From contig CAUPKP010000013.1 of the NCBI GenBank assembly GCA_963511795.1, positions 9,279 to 73,278 of the forward strand: a stretch of 64,000 bases of DNA, given 5' to 3'. The DNA comes from an uncultured Flavobacterium sp. Its GTDB lineage: Bacteria > Bacteroidota > Bacteroidia > Flavobacteriales > Flavobacteriaceae. The translations under genes were made by a program, and so were the position numbers. Of the stretch, positions 46,094-56,023 are shown one piece after another. The notes under the pieces are model-generated. The model saw nothing but the letters and a program-made list of their open reading frames with translations, had not been told where the DNA came from and made no database searches. The stretch's first letter is position 1, and every line of letters begins with the position of its first letter.

Positions 46094-47353
46094 ATGAACA
46101 AACTTATACATATCATTTTTAGTTTTCTCTACCCTGTTTTCAGGGATTGGGGAATGAGCCGAAGCGTCTCGACTTATGTGAGTTTGTTTTTCAATACTAT
46201 TTTGCTTTGCGTTTTGGCTTATTGGCTGTATGTGGTTTTCCGATTTGTATTGGTAACAATTTTGGCTATTGTTGCCCAAAAAACCAAAACTAAATTTGAT
46301 GATTTATTGGTGAGCAATAAAACGGCCAAGTATATTGCTTATTTGTTTCCGCTTTTTTTTGTTTTTAGGTCGGTTCCGGTAATTTTGGACAAATTCGAAT
46401 ACTGGGAAAATATTTTTGGTAAAACAGTTGCCACTTACATCATTTTACTGATTTTATGGATTATCCGAACCATTTTTAATTCCGTAAGGGATTATCTAAA
46501 ACAGATTCCGCGTTACAGCGACAAACCTATCGACAGCTTTATACAGGTTATTATGATTGTGCTGTGGATGTTTGGGATTACGTTTATAATTTCCAAATTA
46601 TTTGATATTGACCAAAAGGAATTGCTGACGATACTTGGAGCGGTTTCGGCTGTGATTATTTTGGTTTTTAGGGATACTATCTTGGGTTTTGTGGCAAGTG
46701 TTCAAGTGGCGATAAACGACATGGTGCGCATTGGAGACTGGATTACAATGGATCGTTATGGCGCAGACGGTGATGTTATTGAAATAAATCTGGCTACAGT
46801 AAAAGTTCGAAATTTTGATAATACTACAACTACGATTCCAACGTATAGTTTGAGTTCGGATTCTTTTCAAAACTGGAGAGGAATGTTAAATTCAGACGGA
46901 AGACGAATCAAAAGACACATCATAATTAAAAGTAACAGCATTCGGTTTCTTGAAGATGAAGAGCTGAATGACTTGAAAAAAATAAATCTTTTAAGTGCTT
47001 ATATTGACTCTCGAAAACTTGAAATAGACAACTATAACAGCACACATGAAATTGATAAAAGCTTAGCAATAAACGGCCGGCACCTGACCAACTTAGGATT
47101 GTTTCGAAAATATATTATTCAATACCTGCAGCAATATCCAGGATTGAATAAAGATATGCTGATGCTTTGCCGACAGTTACAGCCTACTCCTTATGGTGTT
47201 CCGCTGGAAGTATATGCTTTTTCCAAAGACAAGCGTTTTGAAAATTACGAATACATTATGGCTGATATCTTTGATCATATCATTGCAGCGGTTCCTTACT
47301 TTGACTTGGAGATTTTTGTAATGCCTTCTGAAAATGAAGCCAAGCCTTATTAA
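46094..47353 (+). CDS. Mechanosensitive channel, MscS family (YbdG-like)
   Basis: GAVSAVIILVFRDTILGFVAS, VRIGDWI, NFDNTTTTIPTY, GRRIKR, EYIMADIFDH. Confidence 0.92.
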   Translation: MNKLIHIIFSFLYPVFRDWGMSRSVSTYVSLFFNTILLCVLAYWLYVVFRFVLVTILAIVAQKTKTKFDDLLVSNKTAKYIAYLFPLFFVFRSVPVILDKFEYWENIFGKTVATYIILLILWIIRTIFNSVRDYLKQIPRYSDKPIDSFIQVIMIVLWMFGITFIISKLFDIDQKELLTILGAVSAVIILVFRDTILGFVASVQVAINDMVRIGDWITMDRYGADGDVIEINLATVKVRNFDNTTTTIPTYSLSSDSFQNWRGMLNSDGRRIKRHIIIKSNSIRFLEDEELNDLKKINLLSAYIDSRKLEIDNYNSTHEIDKSLAINGRHLTNLGLFRKYIIQYLQQYPGLNKDMLMLCRQLQPTPYGVPLEVYAFSKDKRFENYEYIMADIFDHIIAAVPYFDLEIFVMPSENEAKPY

Positions 47354-47366
47354 CAGTATTACAAAT

Positions 47367-47408
47367 AAAAAATCACTAAATCCAAATTATAGATTTAGTG
47401 ATTTTTTA
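47367..47408. terminator. Bidirectional terminator
   Basis: AAAAAATCACTAAATC-caaattata-GATTTAGTGATTTTTT. Confidence 0.88.
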
Positions 47409-47461
47409 TTTGTAACCATATTCTTTGCAGTTGAGAATCTCAGAGACTTGGCTGACTCCTC

Positions 47462-47848
47462 CTAGCCTATCCTGTCTTTTACATATTCTATCTCTGTTTT
47501 TCCGTGTGCTTTTGGTTTACCATCTTCACCTAAATTTACCATTACGGTGCTGTCGATAGTGATTATAGTCTCTCTGGTCATCATATTTCGAGCTTCGCAT
47601 TTTAGCTCCAATGATGTATGTCCAAATTTAACGACATCAATCCCAATTTCGATAATATCGCCTTGTCTTGCCGAACTTCTGAAATTGATTTCCGACATGT
47701 GTTTGGTGACAATTCTAGGGTTTTCTAATTGTATAATGGAATACAAGGCTAATTCTTCGTCTAACCATGCTAATAATTTACCTCCAAATAAGGAGCCGTT
47801 AGGGTTTAAATCTTCTGGTTTTACCCATTTTCTAGTGTGAAATCTCAT
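47462..47848 (-). CDS. Acyl-CoA thioesterase (hotdog fold)
   Basis: V.PEDLNPNG.LFGG.LL.W.DE. Confidence 0.9.
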   Translation of the reverse strand: MRFHTRKWVKPEDLNPNGSLFGGKLLAWLDEELALYSIIQLENPRIVTKHMSEINFRSSARQGDIIEIGIDVVKFGHTSLELKCEARNMMTRETIITIDSTVMVNLGEDGKPKAHGKTEIEYVKDRIG

Positions 47849-47917
47849 GTTTTTTCATTTATTAATGCTAAAATAATACATTGCTAACAGTAATTTTTAT
47901 ATTTTTAAAGAAAAAAG

Positions 47918-48316
47918 ATGGAACAGAGAGATATATTGATAAAAGGAATTCGCGGAGAATCATTAGGAAATATTAATATTCAATCGTCTTCAGATGAGCT
48001 GTTTCAAAATGAAGTACTTAGGCCGATTTTGAAATTACAGAATGATTTGTTTATTGCCTCTTTTTTAAATTACATCAGCAAATATAAAAGAGATTTTTAT
48101 ACCAAATCGGTTGAAAGTAAGCTGGCAATCATTGAAAATGCAATCCAAAAAGATATTAAATTTAGAAATGCTTTGAAAGGTATGATTATCGCACTGTTCA
48201 CAACTGACGAATATGCACTTTACATTAAAAATTCATCTAGTTTAAATAAAAGAATGATGAATTTATTAATCGAAAGACTGAAAAGCCAAGTACAGCTTTT
48301 TGATAAGGAAAATTAA
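47918..48316 (+). CDS. Conserved hypothetical protein
   Basis: 132 aa ORF (FQNEVLRPILKLQNDL...KRMMN); no motif I can assign a function to. Confidence 0.65.
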   Translation: MEQRDILIKGIRGESLGNINIQSSSDELFQNEVLRPILKLQNDLFIASFLNYISKYKRDFYTKSVESKLAIIENAIQKDIKFRNALKGMIIALFTTDEYALYIKNSSSLNKRMMNLLIERLKSQVQLFDKEN

Positions 48317-48591
48317 TTTATGCAGTTTTTTGTCGTATAAAATTAATTTTCTATTTCTTTTATATTTAAAGGGATGACACTTTTAAAACTTTGAATTTTC
48401 CTTCATTTGTTTTGATCAATGCTCACTAGTTTTTTAAATGTTCGCTAAAATATTTTATTAGCTCCAAAACGTGAATTATCTGCATTAATTAACATTAAAA
48501 AAATAAATATGTTTATTTTTTGCTTATTATTGTAATTAATTAATAATTGTATTATTTCTAATTTTTGCATAATATTTTAAATGTTAGTAAT

Positions 48592-49155
48592 ATGGAAAGA
48601 CGTGAGGCTCTGAAAAAAATAGCATATTTAATGGGTGGAGCAATTTCTGCTACAACAATGGGGGTTTTGTTTGAAAGTTTTACAATAATTGATCCTCAAC
48701 AAAAGAATAACTATAATTATTCAGCCACGGATGAGGAAATCTTTGGTGAGTTTTCTGAAATCATTTTACCCACAACTGCAAAATCACCAGGAGCTAAAGC
48801 CGCTGGTGTTGGTGTTTTAATACCATTAATTATAAAAGACTGTTTTCCTCCAGACCTTCAGGATCTTTTTAGAAAAGGATTTGAAGATATGTTAGCTCAA
48901 TGCAAAACTAAATTCAATAAAGAATTCCTGAGTCTTAATGCTGAAGAGAAAACACAGCTCATGAACGCAGTAAAACAAGACTCCATAGACAATAATAAAG
49001 AACCATCTTTCTTTTTAATAGCGAGAGATTTAACCATATTAGGTTATTTTTCTTCGGAAATCGGCTGTACCATAGCTAGAGAATATTTGCCAATTCCGGG
49101 ACGATATGACGGTAATGCCGATTACAAGCCCGACCAGAAAGCTTGGGCAATATAA
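48592..49155 (+). CDS. Gluconate 2-dehydrogenase subunit 3-like (small subunit of a GMC dehydrogenase), Tat substrate
   Basis: ATG at 48592: MERREALKK twin-Arg; IILP.T...PGA, LTI.GYFSSEIG..., Y.PIPGRYDG. Confidence 0.85.
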   Translation: MERREALKKIAYLMGGAISATTMGVLFESFTIIDPQQKNNYNYSATDEEIFGEFSEIILPTTAKSPGAKAAGVGVLIPLIIKDCFPPDLQDLFRKGFEDMLAQCKTKFNKEFLSLNAEEKTQLMNAVKQDSIDNNKEPSFFLIARDLTILGYFSSEIGCTIAREYLPIPGRYDGNADYKPDQKAWAI

Positions 49156-49203
49156 TTAACGAAGTATTTATAATTATTTTTATTAATTCCTAAAAAGAGA
49201 CTA

Positions 49204-50901
49204 GTGAATACTGATTTTAAAAAGAAAAATACTTATGACGCAATTGTTATAGGTTCAGGAATAAGCGGTGGATGGGCAGCCAAAGAATTAACAGAAAAAG
49301 GGCTAAAAGTCCTGATGTTAGAACGCGGTATGAACATAGAACATATTAAAGATTATGATTCGGCGATGAAAGCTCCCTGGGAAATTGCTTATTGCGGCAA
49401 ACTGACCGAAGAACAAAAGCGTACACATCCCGTGCAGACTAGAGATTATCCATACACTCAAGCTAATGAAAGCTGGTGGGTTAATGATTTGGAATGTCCT
49501 TATACTGAAGACAAACGTTTTGATTGGTACAGAGGTTTTCATGTAGGCGGAAAGTCTCTGATGTGGGGACGCCAAAGCTACCGTTTCAGTGATCATAATT
49601 TTGAAGATAATATTAAGGATGGTCACGGTAATGATTGGCCCATCCGATATAAAGATATAGCGCCTTGGTATGATTATGTGGAAAAATTTGCAGGAATCAG
49701 CGGTCAAAATGAAAATTGGCCTTTACTGCCTGATGGTCAGTTTTTGCCTCCAATGGATATGAACTGCGTTGAAAAATCAGTGAAAGAGCGTCTAGAAAAA
49801 CATTATAATAAATCCAGAATAATGACTATTGGACGTGTGGCAAATTTAACTGTACCCCATTTAGGAAGAGGAAGCTGCCAGTATAGAAATTTATGCAGCA
49901 GAGGCTGTCCATTTGGAGCCTATTTCAGTACGCAGTCTTCTACTTTGCCAGCGGCTATGGCAACTAAAAAATTAACTGTTCGCCCCTACTCGATTGTCAA
50001 TCATATTATTTATGATAAGGATACGAAGAAAGCCAAAGGCGTTATGGTGATTGACAGTCAGACTAATGAAACGATGGAGTTTTATTCCAAAATTGTTTTT
50101 GTAAACGGCTCAACTTTAGGCTCAACTTTTATTTTGCTGAATTCAACTTCTGAGGCTCACCCTAATGGATTGGGAAATAGCAGCGGACAGCTTGGACATA
50201 ATTTAATGGATCACCATTTTAGATGCGGAGCGGAAGGGACAGTCGAAGGTTTTGAAGATAAATACACCTATGGACGAAGAGCCAATGGTATTTACATTCC
50301 AAGATATCAAAATTTTAATGACGACAAAAGAGATTATTTACGTGGCTTTGGATATCAGGGTGCCGCAAGCAGAGGTCACTGGCATAAAGAAGTTGCTGAA
50401 TTAGACTTTGGTGCTGATTTTAAAGAAACGTTATCAAAACCAGCAGATTCGTGGACAATGGGATTAGGCGGTTTTGGAGAAATGCTTCCCTATTATGAAA
50501 ACAAAGTGTACATCGACCATTCTAAAAAAGATAAATGGGGACAACCTGTATTAGCTATAGACTGCGAGTACAAAGAAAATGAAGCTAAGATGCGTGAGGA
50601 TATGATGTATGATGCTGCCGAAATGCTAGAAGCTGCAGGTGCCAAAAACGTAAAGGCTTATGATAACGGCTGTTATCCGGGAATGACAATTCATGAAATG
50701 GGGACAGCCCGTATGGGGAATAATCCAAAAGAATCCGTGTTGAATAAATGGAATCAAATGCACGAAGTAAGTAATGTATTTGTTACTGATGGTTCATGCA
50801 TGCCTTCAAGTGCCTGCCAAAATCCTTCATTAACATACATGGCTTTAACTGCCAGAGCAGTGGATTATGCTGTAAAAGAATTAAAGAAAAAAAATATTTA
50901 G
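49204..50901 (+). CDS. GMC-family FAD dehydrogenase (glucoside 3-dehydrogenase-like large subunit)
   Basis: GTG start; IGSGISGG, VGGKSLMWG, C..RNLC.RGCP Fe-S motif, HEMGTARMG, NPSLTYMAL. Confidence 0.9.
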   Translation: MNTDFKKKNTYDAIVIGSGISGGWAAKELTEKGLKVLMLERGMNIEHIKDYDSAMKAPWEIAYCGKLTEEQKRTHPVQTRDYPYTQANESWWVNDLECPYTEDKRFDWYRGFHVGGKSLMWGRQSYRFSDHNFEDNIKDGHGNDWPIRYKDIAPWYDYVEKFAGISGQNENWPLLPDGQFLPPMDMNCVEKSVKERLEKHYNKSRIMTIGRVANLTVPHLGRGSCQYRNLCSRGCPFGAYFSTQSSTLPAAMATKKLTVRPYSIVNHIIYDKDTKKAKGVMVIDSQTNETMEFYSKIVFVNGSTLGSTFILLNSTSEAHPNGLGNSSGQLGHNLMDHHFRCGAEGTVEGFEDKYTYGRRANGIYIPRYQNFNDDKRDYLRGFGYQGAASRGHWHKEVAELDFGADFKETLSKPADSWTMGLGGFGEMLPYYENKVYIDHSKKDKWGQPVLAIDCEYKENEAKMREDMMYDAAEMLEAAGAKNVKAYDNGCYPGMTIHEMGTARMGNNPKESVLNKWNQMHEVSNVFVTDGSCMPSSACQNPSLTYMALTARAVDYAVKELKKKNI

Positions 50902-50919
50902 ATTTAGGATTATTAAATT

Positions 50920-52074
50920 ATGAGAAAATTAAAAATGGGAATGATTGGCGGTGGAAAAAATGCTTTTATTGGAGCAGTTCACCGCATTGCAGCCAACATG
51001 GACGGCTTGATTGAACTGCATTGCGGTGCTTTTAGTTTCAGTCCTGATTTATCCCTTGAATCTGGTAAAGAATTAGGGTTAACAGAAGATAAATGTTATG
51101 AATCCTTTGCCAAAATGATTGAAGCTGAAGCAAAATTACCTCTTGGAGAGAGAATGGATTTTGTTTCGATTGTTACTCCAAATCACGCCCACTTTGCTCC
51201 TGCAATGTTAGCACTAGAAAATGGTTTTCATGTCGTTTTGGACAAACCAATGACTTTGACTTTGGCGGAAGCTAAATTATTGGAACAAAAAGTTAATGAA
51301 ACCGGACTATATTTATGCTTGACACATACTTATGCTGGGTATCCAATGGTAAAACAAGCTAGAAACATGATAGCTGAGAATCAATTGGGCAGTATTCGGA
51401 AAATAATGGTAGAATATCCGCAAGGCTGGTTGAGTTCTGATTTTGAAAATGGTGGAAACAAACAGGCAGTTTGGAGAACTGATCCTTCTAAAAGCGGAAT
51501 TAGCGGTTGCATGGGAGATATTGGAACTCATGCGGCTCATTTAGCAGAATATATTTCAGGGTTGAAAATTACGCAGCTTTGTGCTGATATTAACACTGTA
51601 GTTGCCGGCAGAAGATTAGATGATGATGGGAATGTACTGCTTAAGTTTGATAATGGAGCGAATGGAATTTTGGTTGCCAGCCAGATTGCAGCTGGTGAAG
51701 AAAATAGCTTAAAAATTAAAGTGTATGGAGAAAAAGGAGGCTTAGAATGGCACCAAATGGAACCGAACACTTTAGTTGTAAAATGGTTAGATGCTCCTGC
51801 TCAATTATATCGCACAGGAAATGGATATTTATCGGCAATAGCAGCTTTCAATACTCGAACACCAAGCGGACACCCGGAAGGATATCTGGAAGCTTTTGGA
51901 AATTTATACAAAAGTTTTGCTCTGACTTTGCAGTCAAAATTGGAAGGCAAAGAACCATCAGCAAATATGCTTGATTTTCCAACAGTAAAAGATGGTGTTC
52001 GAGGAATGGCTTTTATAGAAAATGTAATCGCTTCAGGGAAGTCATCACAAAAATGGACAGAATTTATCATTTGA
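50920..52074 (+). CDS. Gfo/Idh/MocA oxidoreductase, cytoplasmic (putative 3-keto-sugar reductase)
   Basis: GMIGGG..AFIG.VH, VTPNHAH, DKP, GDIGTHA; no signal peptide. Confidence 0.88.
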   Translation: MRKLKMGMIGGGKNAFIGAVHRIAANMDGLIELHCGAFSFSPDLSLESGKELGLTEDKCYESFAKMIEAEAKLPLGERMDFVSIVTPNHAHFAPAMLALENGFHVVLDKPMTLTLAEAKLLEQKVNETGLYLCLTHTYAGYPMVKQARNMIAENQLGSIRKIMVEYPQGWLSSDFENGGNKQAVWRTDPSKSGISGCMGDIGTHAAHLAEYISGLKITQLCADINTVVAGRRLDDDGNVLLKFDNGANGILVASQIAAGEENSLKIKVYGEKGGLEWHQMEPNTLVVKWLDAPAQLYRTGNGYLSAIAAFNTRTPSGHPEGYLEAFGNLYKSFALTLQSKLEGKEPSANMLDFPTVKDGVRGMAFIENVIASGKSSQKWTEFII

Positions 52075-52079
52075 AGATA

Positions 52080-52108
52080 CTAAGTTTCTAAGGCACTAAG
52101 ATGCTAAG
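52080..52108. repeat. 8-nt-period CTAAG array (left arm)
   Basis: CTAAG at 52080, 52088, 52096 and 52104. Confidence 0.8.
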
Positions 52109-52199
52109 TATAGTTAGAAAGTTTAAAAGAACAAAATAATTATCTGGAAAATTAATACAATAATAATGCAGGAAGAAAACTGAAAACTATTTTTCTAAA

Positions 52200-52228
52200 C
52201 TTAGAGGCTTAGAAACTTAGCGACTCAG
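52200..52228. repeat. 8-nt-period CTTAG array (right arm, inverted relative to the left)
   Basis: CTTAG at 52200, 52208 and 52216; CTCAG at 52224. Confidence 0.8.
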
Positions 52229-52251
52229 TACCTCCTTAATAAACTCGACAA

Positions 52252-53304
52252 ATGACCACAATGCAAGGACCAGCCGTTTTTTTGGCACAATTTATATCTG
52301 ATGAAGCTCCTTTTAATTCTTTGGAAGGAATTTGTCAATGGGCCGCCAATCTGGATTTTAAAGGAATACAGATTCCAACTTTGGATTCCCGTTTTATTGA
52401 TTTGAAAAAAGCAGCTGAAAGTAAAACTTATGCTGATGAACTTACAGGAACTGTTGCTTCTTATGGTTTAAAAATATCCGAACTTTCTACCCATTTACAA
52501 GGTCAGCTGGTTGCGGTTCATCCTGCTTATGATGATTCTTTTGATGGATTTGCACCACAAGCCTTGCGAGGAAATCCCAAAGCAAGACAAGAATGGGCGG
52601 TTCAGCAGTTGCATTATGCAGCCAAGGCTTCTCAAAATTTAGGACTCAATGCTCATGCTACTTTTAGCGGTTCACTATTGTGGCAATATTTTCATCCTTG
52701 GCCACAGCGCCCGCCGGGTTTGATTGAGGAAGGATTCAAAGAATTGGCAAATCGCTGGTTACCAATCCTCAATGAATTTGATAAAAATGGTGTAGATGTC
52801 TGCTATGAAATCCATCCAGGTGAAGATTTATTTGATGGAGAAACTTACGAAATGTTTCTGAAAGCGGTAAATAATCATCAGCGTGCTTGCATACTTTATG
52901 ATCCGTCACATTTTGTTCTTCAGCAATTGGATTATATTCAGTACATCGATTTTTACCATGAACGGATTAAAGCTTTTCATGTAAAGGATGCTGAATTTAA
53001 TCCAACAGGAAAACAAGGAACTTTTGGAGGCTACCAAAGCTGGGTAAATCGTGCAGGCCGTTATCGATCGCCTGGGGACGGTCAAATTGATTTTAAAACT
53101 ATTTTCAGCAAATTAGCGCAGTATGATTATAAAGGCTGGGCTGTAATGGAATGGGAATGCTGTTTAAAAAATCAAGAAGACGGCGCACGTGAAGGAGCCG
53201 AATTTATAAAAAAACACATTATAAAAGTAACGGATAAAGCTTTTGATGATTTTGCTGCAGTCGAAACCAATACACAGCTTAACAGAAAAAATTTAGGAAT
53301 TTAA
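52252..53304 (+). CDS. Xylose-isomerase-like TIM-barrel protein (putative keto-glycal hydratase)
   Basis: LSTHLQGQL, CYEIHPGED, YDPSH, FHVKDAE, VMEWEC; no signal peptide. Confidence 0.85.
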   Translation: MTTMQGPAVFLAQFISDEAPFNSLEGICQWAANLDFKGIQIPTLDSRFIDLKKAAESKTYADELTGTVASYGLKISELSTHLQGQLVAVHPAYDDSFDGFAPQALRGNPKARQEWAVQQLHYAAKASQNLGLNAHATFSGSLLWQYFHPWPQRPPGLIEEGFKELANRWLPILNEFDKNGVDVCYEIHPGEDLFDGETYEMFLKAVNNHQRACILYDPSHFVLQQLDYIQYIDFYHERIKAFHVKDAEFNPTGKQGTFGGYQSWVNRAGRYRSPGDGQIDFKTIFSKLAQYDYKGWAVMEWECCLKNQEDGAREGAEFIKKHIIKVTDKAFDDFAAVETNTQLNRKNLGI

Positions 53305-53317
53305 AAAACAGTAAACA

Positions 53318-53683
53318 ATGAAAATTAAAATTTTAGCAGCGATAATAATTCTGGGCAGTTTAAGTTCTTTTTCAAAATATGAATCTATTCCGGTAAAGTA
53401 TAGTCATGGTAAAGATGAAGTACAGCCTTCCGAAGGAGAAAAAATAATGGCGAAACTGGATTGTGCGACTTGTCATAAAATTGATAAAAAAGTGATTGGC
53501 CCTTCCTATTTGGATATCGCAAAAAAATATCCAATGAATGATAAAAATATCAGCTACTTATCTGATAAAATTATCAAAGGCGGTTCTGGTGTTTGGGGGG
53601 CTATACCTATGGCACCACATAGCGCATTAAAAAAAGATGATGCAAAAAAAATTGCCAAATATATTCTATCATTAAATAAATAA
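53318..53683 (+). CDS. Monoheme class I cytochrome c
   Basis: Signal peptide, CATCH heme motif, IGPSY, WG.IPM axial Met. Confidence 0.93.
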   Translation: MKIKILAAIIILGSLSSFSKYESIPVKYSHGKDEVQPSEGEKIMAKLDCATCHKIDKKVIGPSYLDIAKKYPMNDKNISYLSDKIIKGGSGVWGAIPMAPHSALKKDDAKKIAKYILSLNK

Positions 53684-53698
53684 AATTCTAACTTATTT

Positions 53699-55162
53699 AT
53701 GGATCAAGACTTTAATCAAAAAAAAGAACCAGAATCTACTGTACGCAGGGATTTTCTAAAAAATGGAGTGCTGGCAACTGCCGCATTTATGATTATTCCC
53801 AGACATGTCATGGGAAGAGGTTTTACAGCACCTAGTGACCGATTATTAATTGCGAGTATTGGAGTTGGCGGAAAAGGAAGATCAGATGTTGGTTCTTTTG
53901 AAAAAAGCGGTCTTGCCAATGTTGCTTATTTATGCGATGTTGATACTAGAAGAGCGGCTGATGCTGTAAGAGCTTTACCGAAAGCTAAATTTTATAAGGA
54001 CTGGCGTGAAATGCTTGATAAGGAACATAAAAATTTTGATGCTGTATCCGTTTCTACACCCGATCATAATCATGCTATTCAGGCATTTTCGGCTATGCAG
54101 TTAGGTAAACATGTGTATGTGCAAAAACCTATGGCGCATGATATTTACGAAGCACACATGATGACTCAGGCAGCTTCTCGTTATAAAGTCGTTACACAAA
54201 TGGGAAATCAGGGTTCATCCAATGATGGTACCCGAATTTTAAAGGAATGGTACGATGCCGATTTAATTGGTGATGTGCATACGGTTTACGCTTGGACAGA
54301 CAGACCAGTTTGGCCGCAAGGAATTCCTTGGTCAACAGCAAAAACTGAAATTCCAAAAGAACTGGATTGGGATTTATGGCTGGGAACTGCTCCTAATAAA
54401 AATTATGTAGACAAATTAGTGCCTTTCAACTGGCGCGGCTGGTGGGATTATGGAACAGGAGCATTGGGAGATATGGGCTGTCATTTGATGGAAGCACCTT
54501 TTTCTGTTTTAAATCTAAAGTACGCCAAAGATGTGCAGTGCAGCGTTGGTTCAGTTTATATTGATGAGTTTAAAAGAGGATATTTTCCTGAAAGCTGTCC
54601 TCCTTCAAGTCATGTGACATTAACATTTCCAAAAACGGATAAAACTAAGGGCGATATCAAAATGCATTGGATGGATGGCGGTATTCAGCCTGACCGCCCA
54701 GAAGAATTAGGTGCTAATGAAATCTTTGGAGATGGCGGAAACGGTACTTTATTTATTGGAACAAAAGGAAAAATGATTTGTGATACGTATAGTGAAAATC
54801 CAAGATTACTTCCTTTGAGCCGTAATGAAAATCTAAAAATCGCCGAAAAATTTCCTCGAGTAAATGGCGGCGCGGGCGGTCATCAAAAACAATGGATAGA
54901 AGGCTGTATTGCCGGTTATGGTAAAAAAGAGCTGAGTTCCCCTTTTGAAATTGCGGGTCCTTTAACAGAGGCTTTATTAATGGCAAATCTTGCAGTAAGA
55001 GGTTATGATTTACACAAAGAATATTTAGGTGAAGATGTATATCCAGGCCGTTCGGTTAAACTGCTTTGGGATAATGAAGCGAAGAAAGTTACAAATGTTG
55101 ATGATGTAAATCAATTTGTAAAACGAAATTATAGAGAAGGTTGGAAAAACCTGAGTTTTTAA
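53699..55162 (+). CDS. Tat-exported Gfo/Idh/MocA oxidoreductase
   Basis: TVRRDFLK twin-Arg, IGVGGKG, STPDHNH, VQKP, GDMGCH. Confidence 0.9.
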   Translation: MDQDFNQKKEPESTVRRDFLKNGVLATAAFMIIPRHVMGRGFTAPSDRLLIASIGVGGKGRSDVGSFEKSGLANVAYLCDVDTRRAADAVRALPKAKFYKDWREMLDKEHKNFDAVSVSTPDHNHAIQAFSAMQLGKHVYVQKPMAHDIYEAHMMTQAASRYKVVTQMGNQGSSNDGTRILKEWYDADLIGDVHTVYAWTDRPVWPQGIPWSTAKTEIPKELDWDLWLGTAPNKNYVDKLVPFNWRGWWDYGTGALGDMGCHLMEAPFSVLNLKYAKDVQCSVGSVYIDEFKRGYFPESCPPSSHVTLTFPKTDKTKGDIKMHWMDGGIQPDRPEELGANEIFGDGGNGTLFIGTKGKMICDTYSENPRLLPLSRNENLKIAEKFPRVNGGAGGHQKQWIEGCIAGYGKKELSSPFEIAGPLTEALLMANLAVRGYDLHKEYLGEDVYPGRSVKLLWDNEAKKVTNVDDVNQFVKRNYREGWKNLSF

Positions 55163-55273
55163 AAACCTGTAAAATTAAAAAGTAAAACCATGAAATCGCC
55201 ATGATTCTAAAATACAAACAAAAATGAAGAATGGCGATTCCATAATTCCATTAAAAAACAAATATTATCTATT

Positions 55274-55984
55274 ATGAAAAAGATTATTACAGCAGTATTA
55301 GTATTTACTTTATTTCAAACCCTGCAGGCGCAGAAAGGATTTAAACCCATTTTTGACGGAAAGACAACAACAGGCTGGCATTCTTATGGAAAAACTTCAG
55401 CTAGTGCTGGGTGGAAAGTTGAAGATGGTGTTCTGTATTTTGATCCAGAAGCAGCCAAGAATGGTCAAGGAGGAGATTTAGTAACTGATACAGAATATGA
55501 AAATTTTCATTTAAAAATAGACTGGAAAGTTGCTCCTAAAGCTAACAGTGGCATCATTTTTTATGTGAATGACAATCCGAAGAAATATAAAAACACTTAC
55601 GAAACTGGTCTGGAAATGCAGGTTTTAGATAACGACGGTCATCCTGACGGGAAAATAAACAAACACCGTGCAGGAGACTTGTATGATTTAATCCAAAGTA
55701 AATCGGAGCCTGTTAAGCCTGTTGGAGAATGGAATACTGCCGAAATTGTTTGTAAAAACGGAAAACTGACTTACGTTTTAAACGGAGTTATTGTTGTTGA
55801 AACTGTACTTTGGGATGATAACTTTAAAGCATTGATTGCAGGAAGTAAATTTGCATCATGGCCTGGTTTTGGAACATTCAAAAAAGGAAAAATTGCTTTA
55901 CAGGATCACGGTGATAAAGTGTGGTATCGTAACATCTTGATAAAAGAATGGAACACTATGGAAACGACCACCGGCTGTAAATAA
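55274..55984 (+). CDS. DUF1080 (3-keto-disaccharide hydrolase/lyase) family protein
   Basis: Signal peptide; IFDGK...GW, NSGI.F, EMQVLD, GEWN, LQDHG..VWYRNI. Confidence 0.9.
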   Translation: MKKIITAVLVFTLFQTLQAQKGFKPIFDGKTTTGWHSYGKTSASAGWKVEDGVLYFDPEAAKNGQGGDLVTDTEYENFHLKIDWKVAPKANSGIIFYVNDNPKKYKNTYETGLEMQVLDNDGHPDGKINKHRAGDLYDLIQSKSEPVKPVGEWNTAEIVCKNGKLTYVLNGVIVVETVLWDDNFKALIAGSKFASWPGFGTFKKGKIALQDHGDKVWYRNILIKEWNTMETTTGCK

Positions 55985-56023
55985 TAGCTTCAAAATTAAC
56001 TTAATCAAAACCAACCTTTTTAT

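Noticed and set aside
287-52228. Periodic repeats as CRISPR arrays
   Set aside because: Units are 7-10 nt with no 25-40 nt unique spacers, and there are no cas genes
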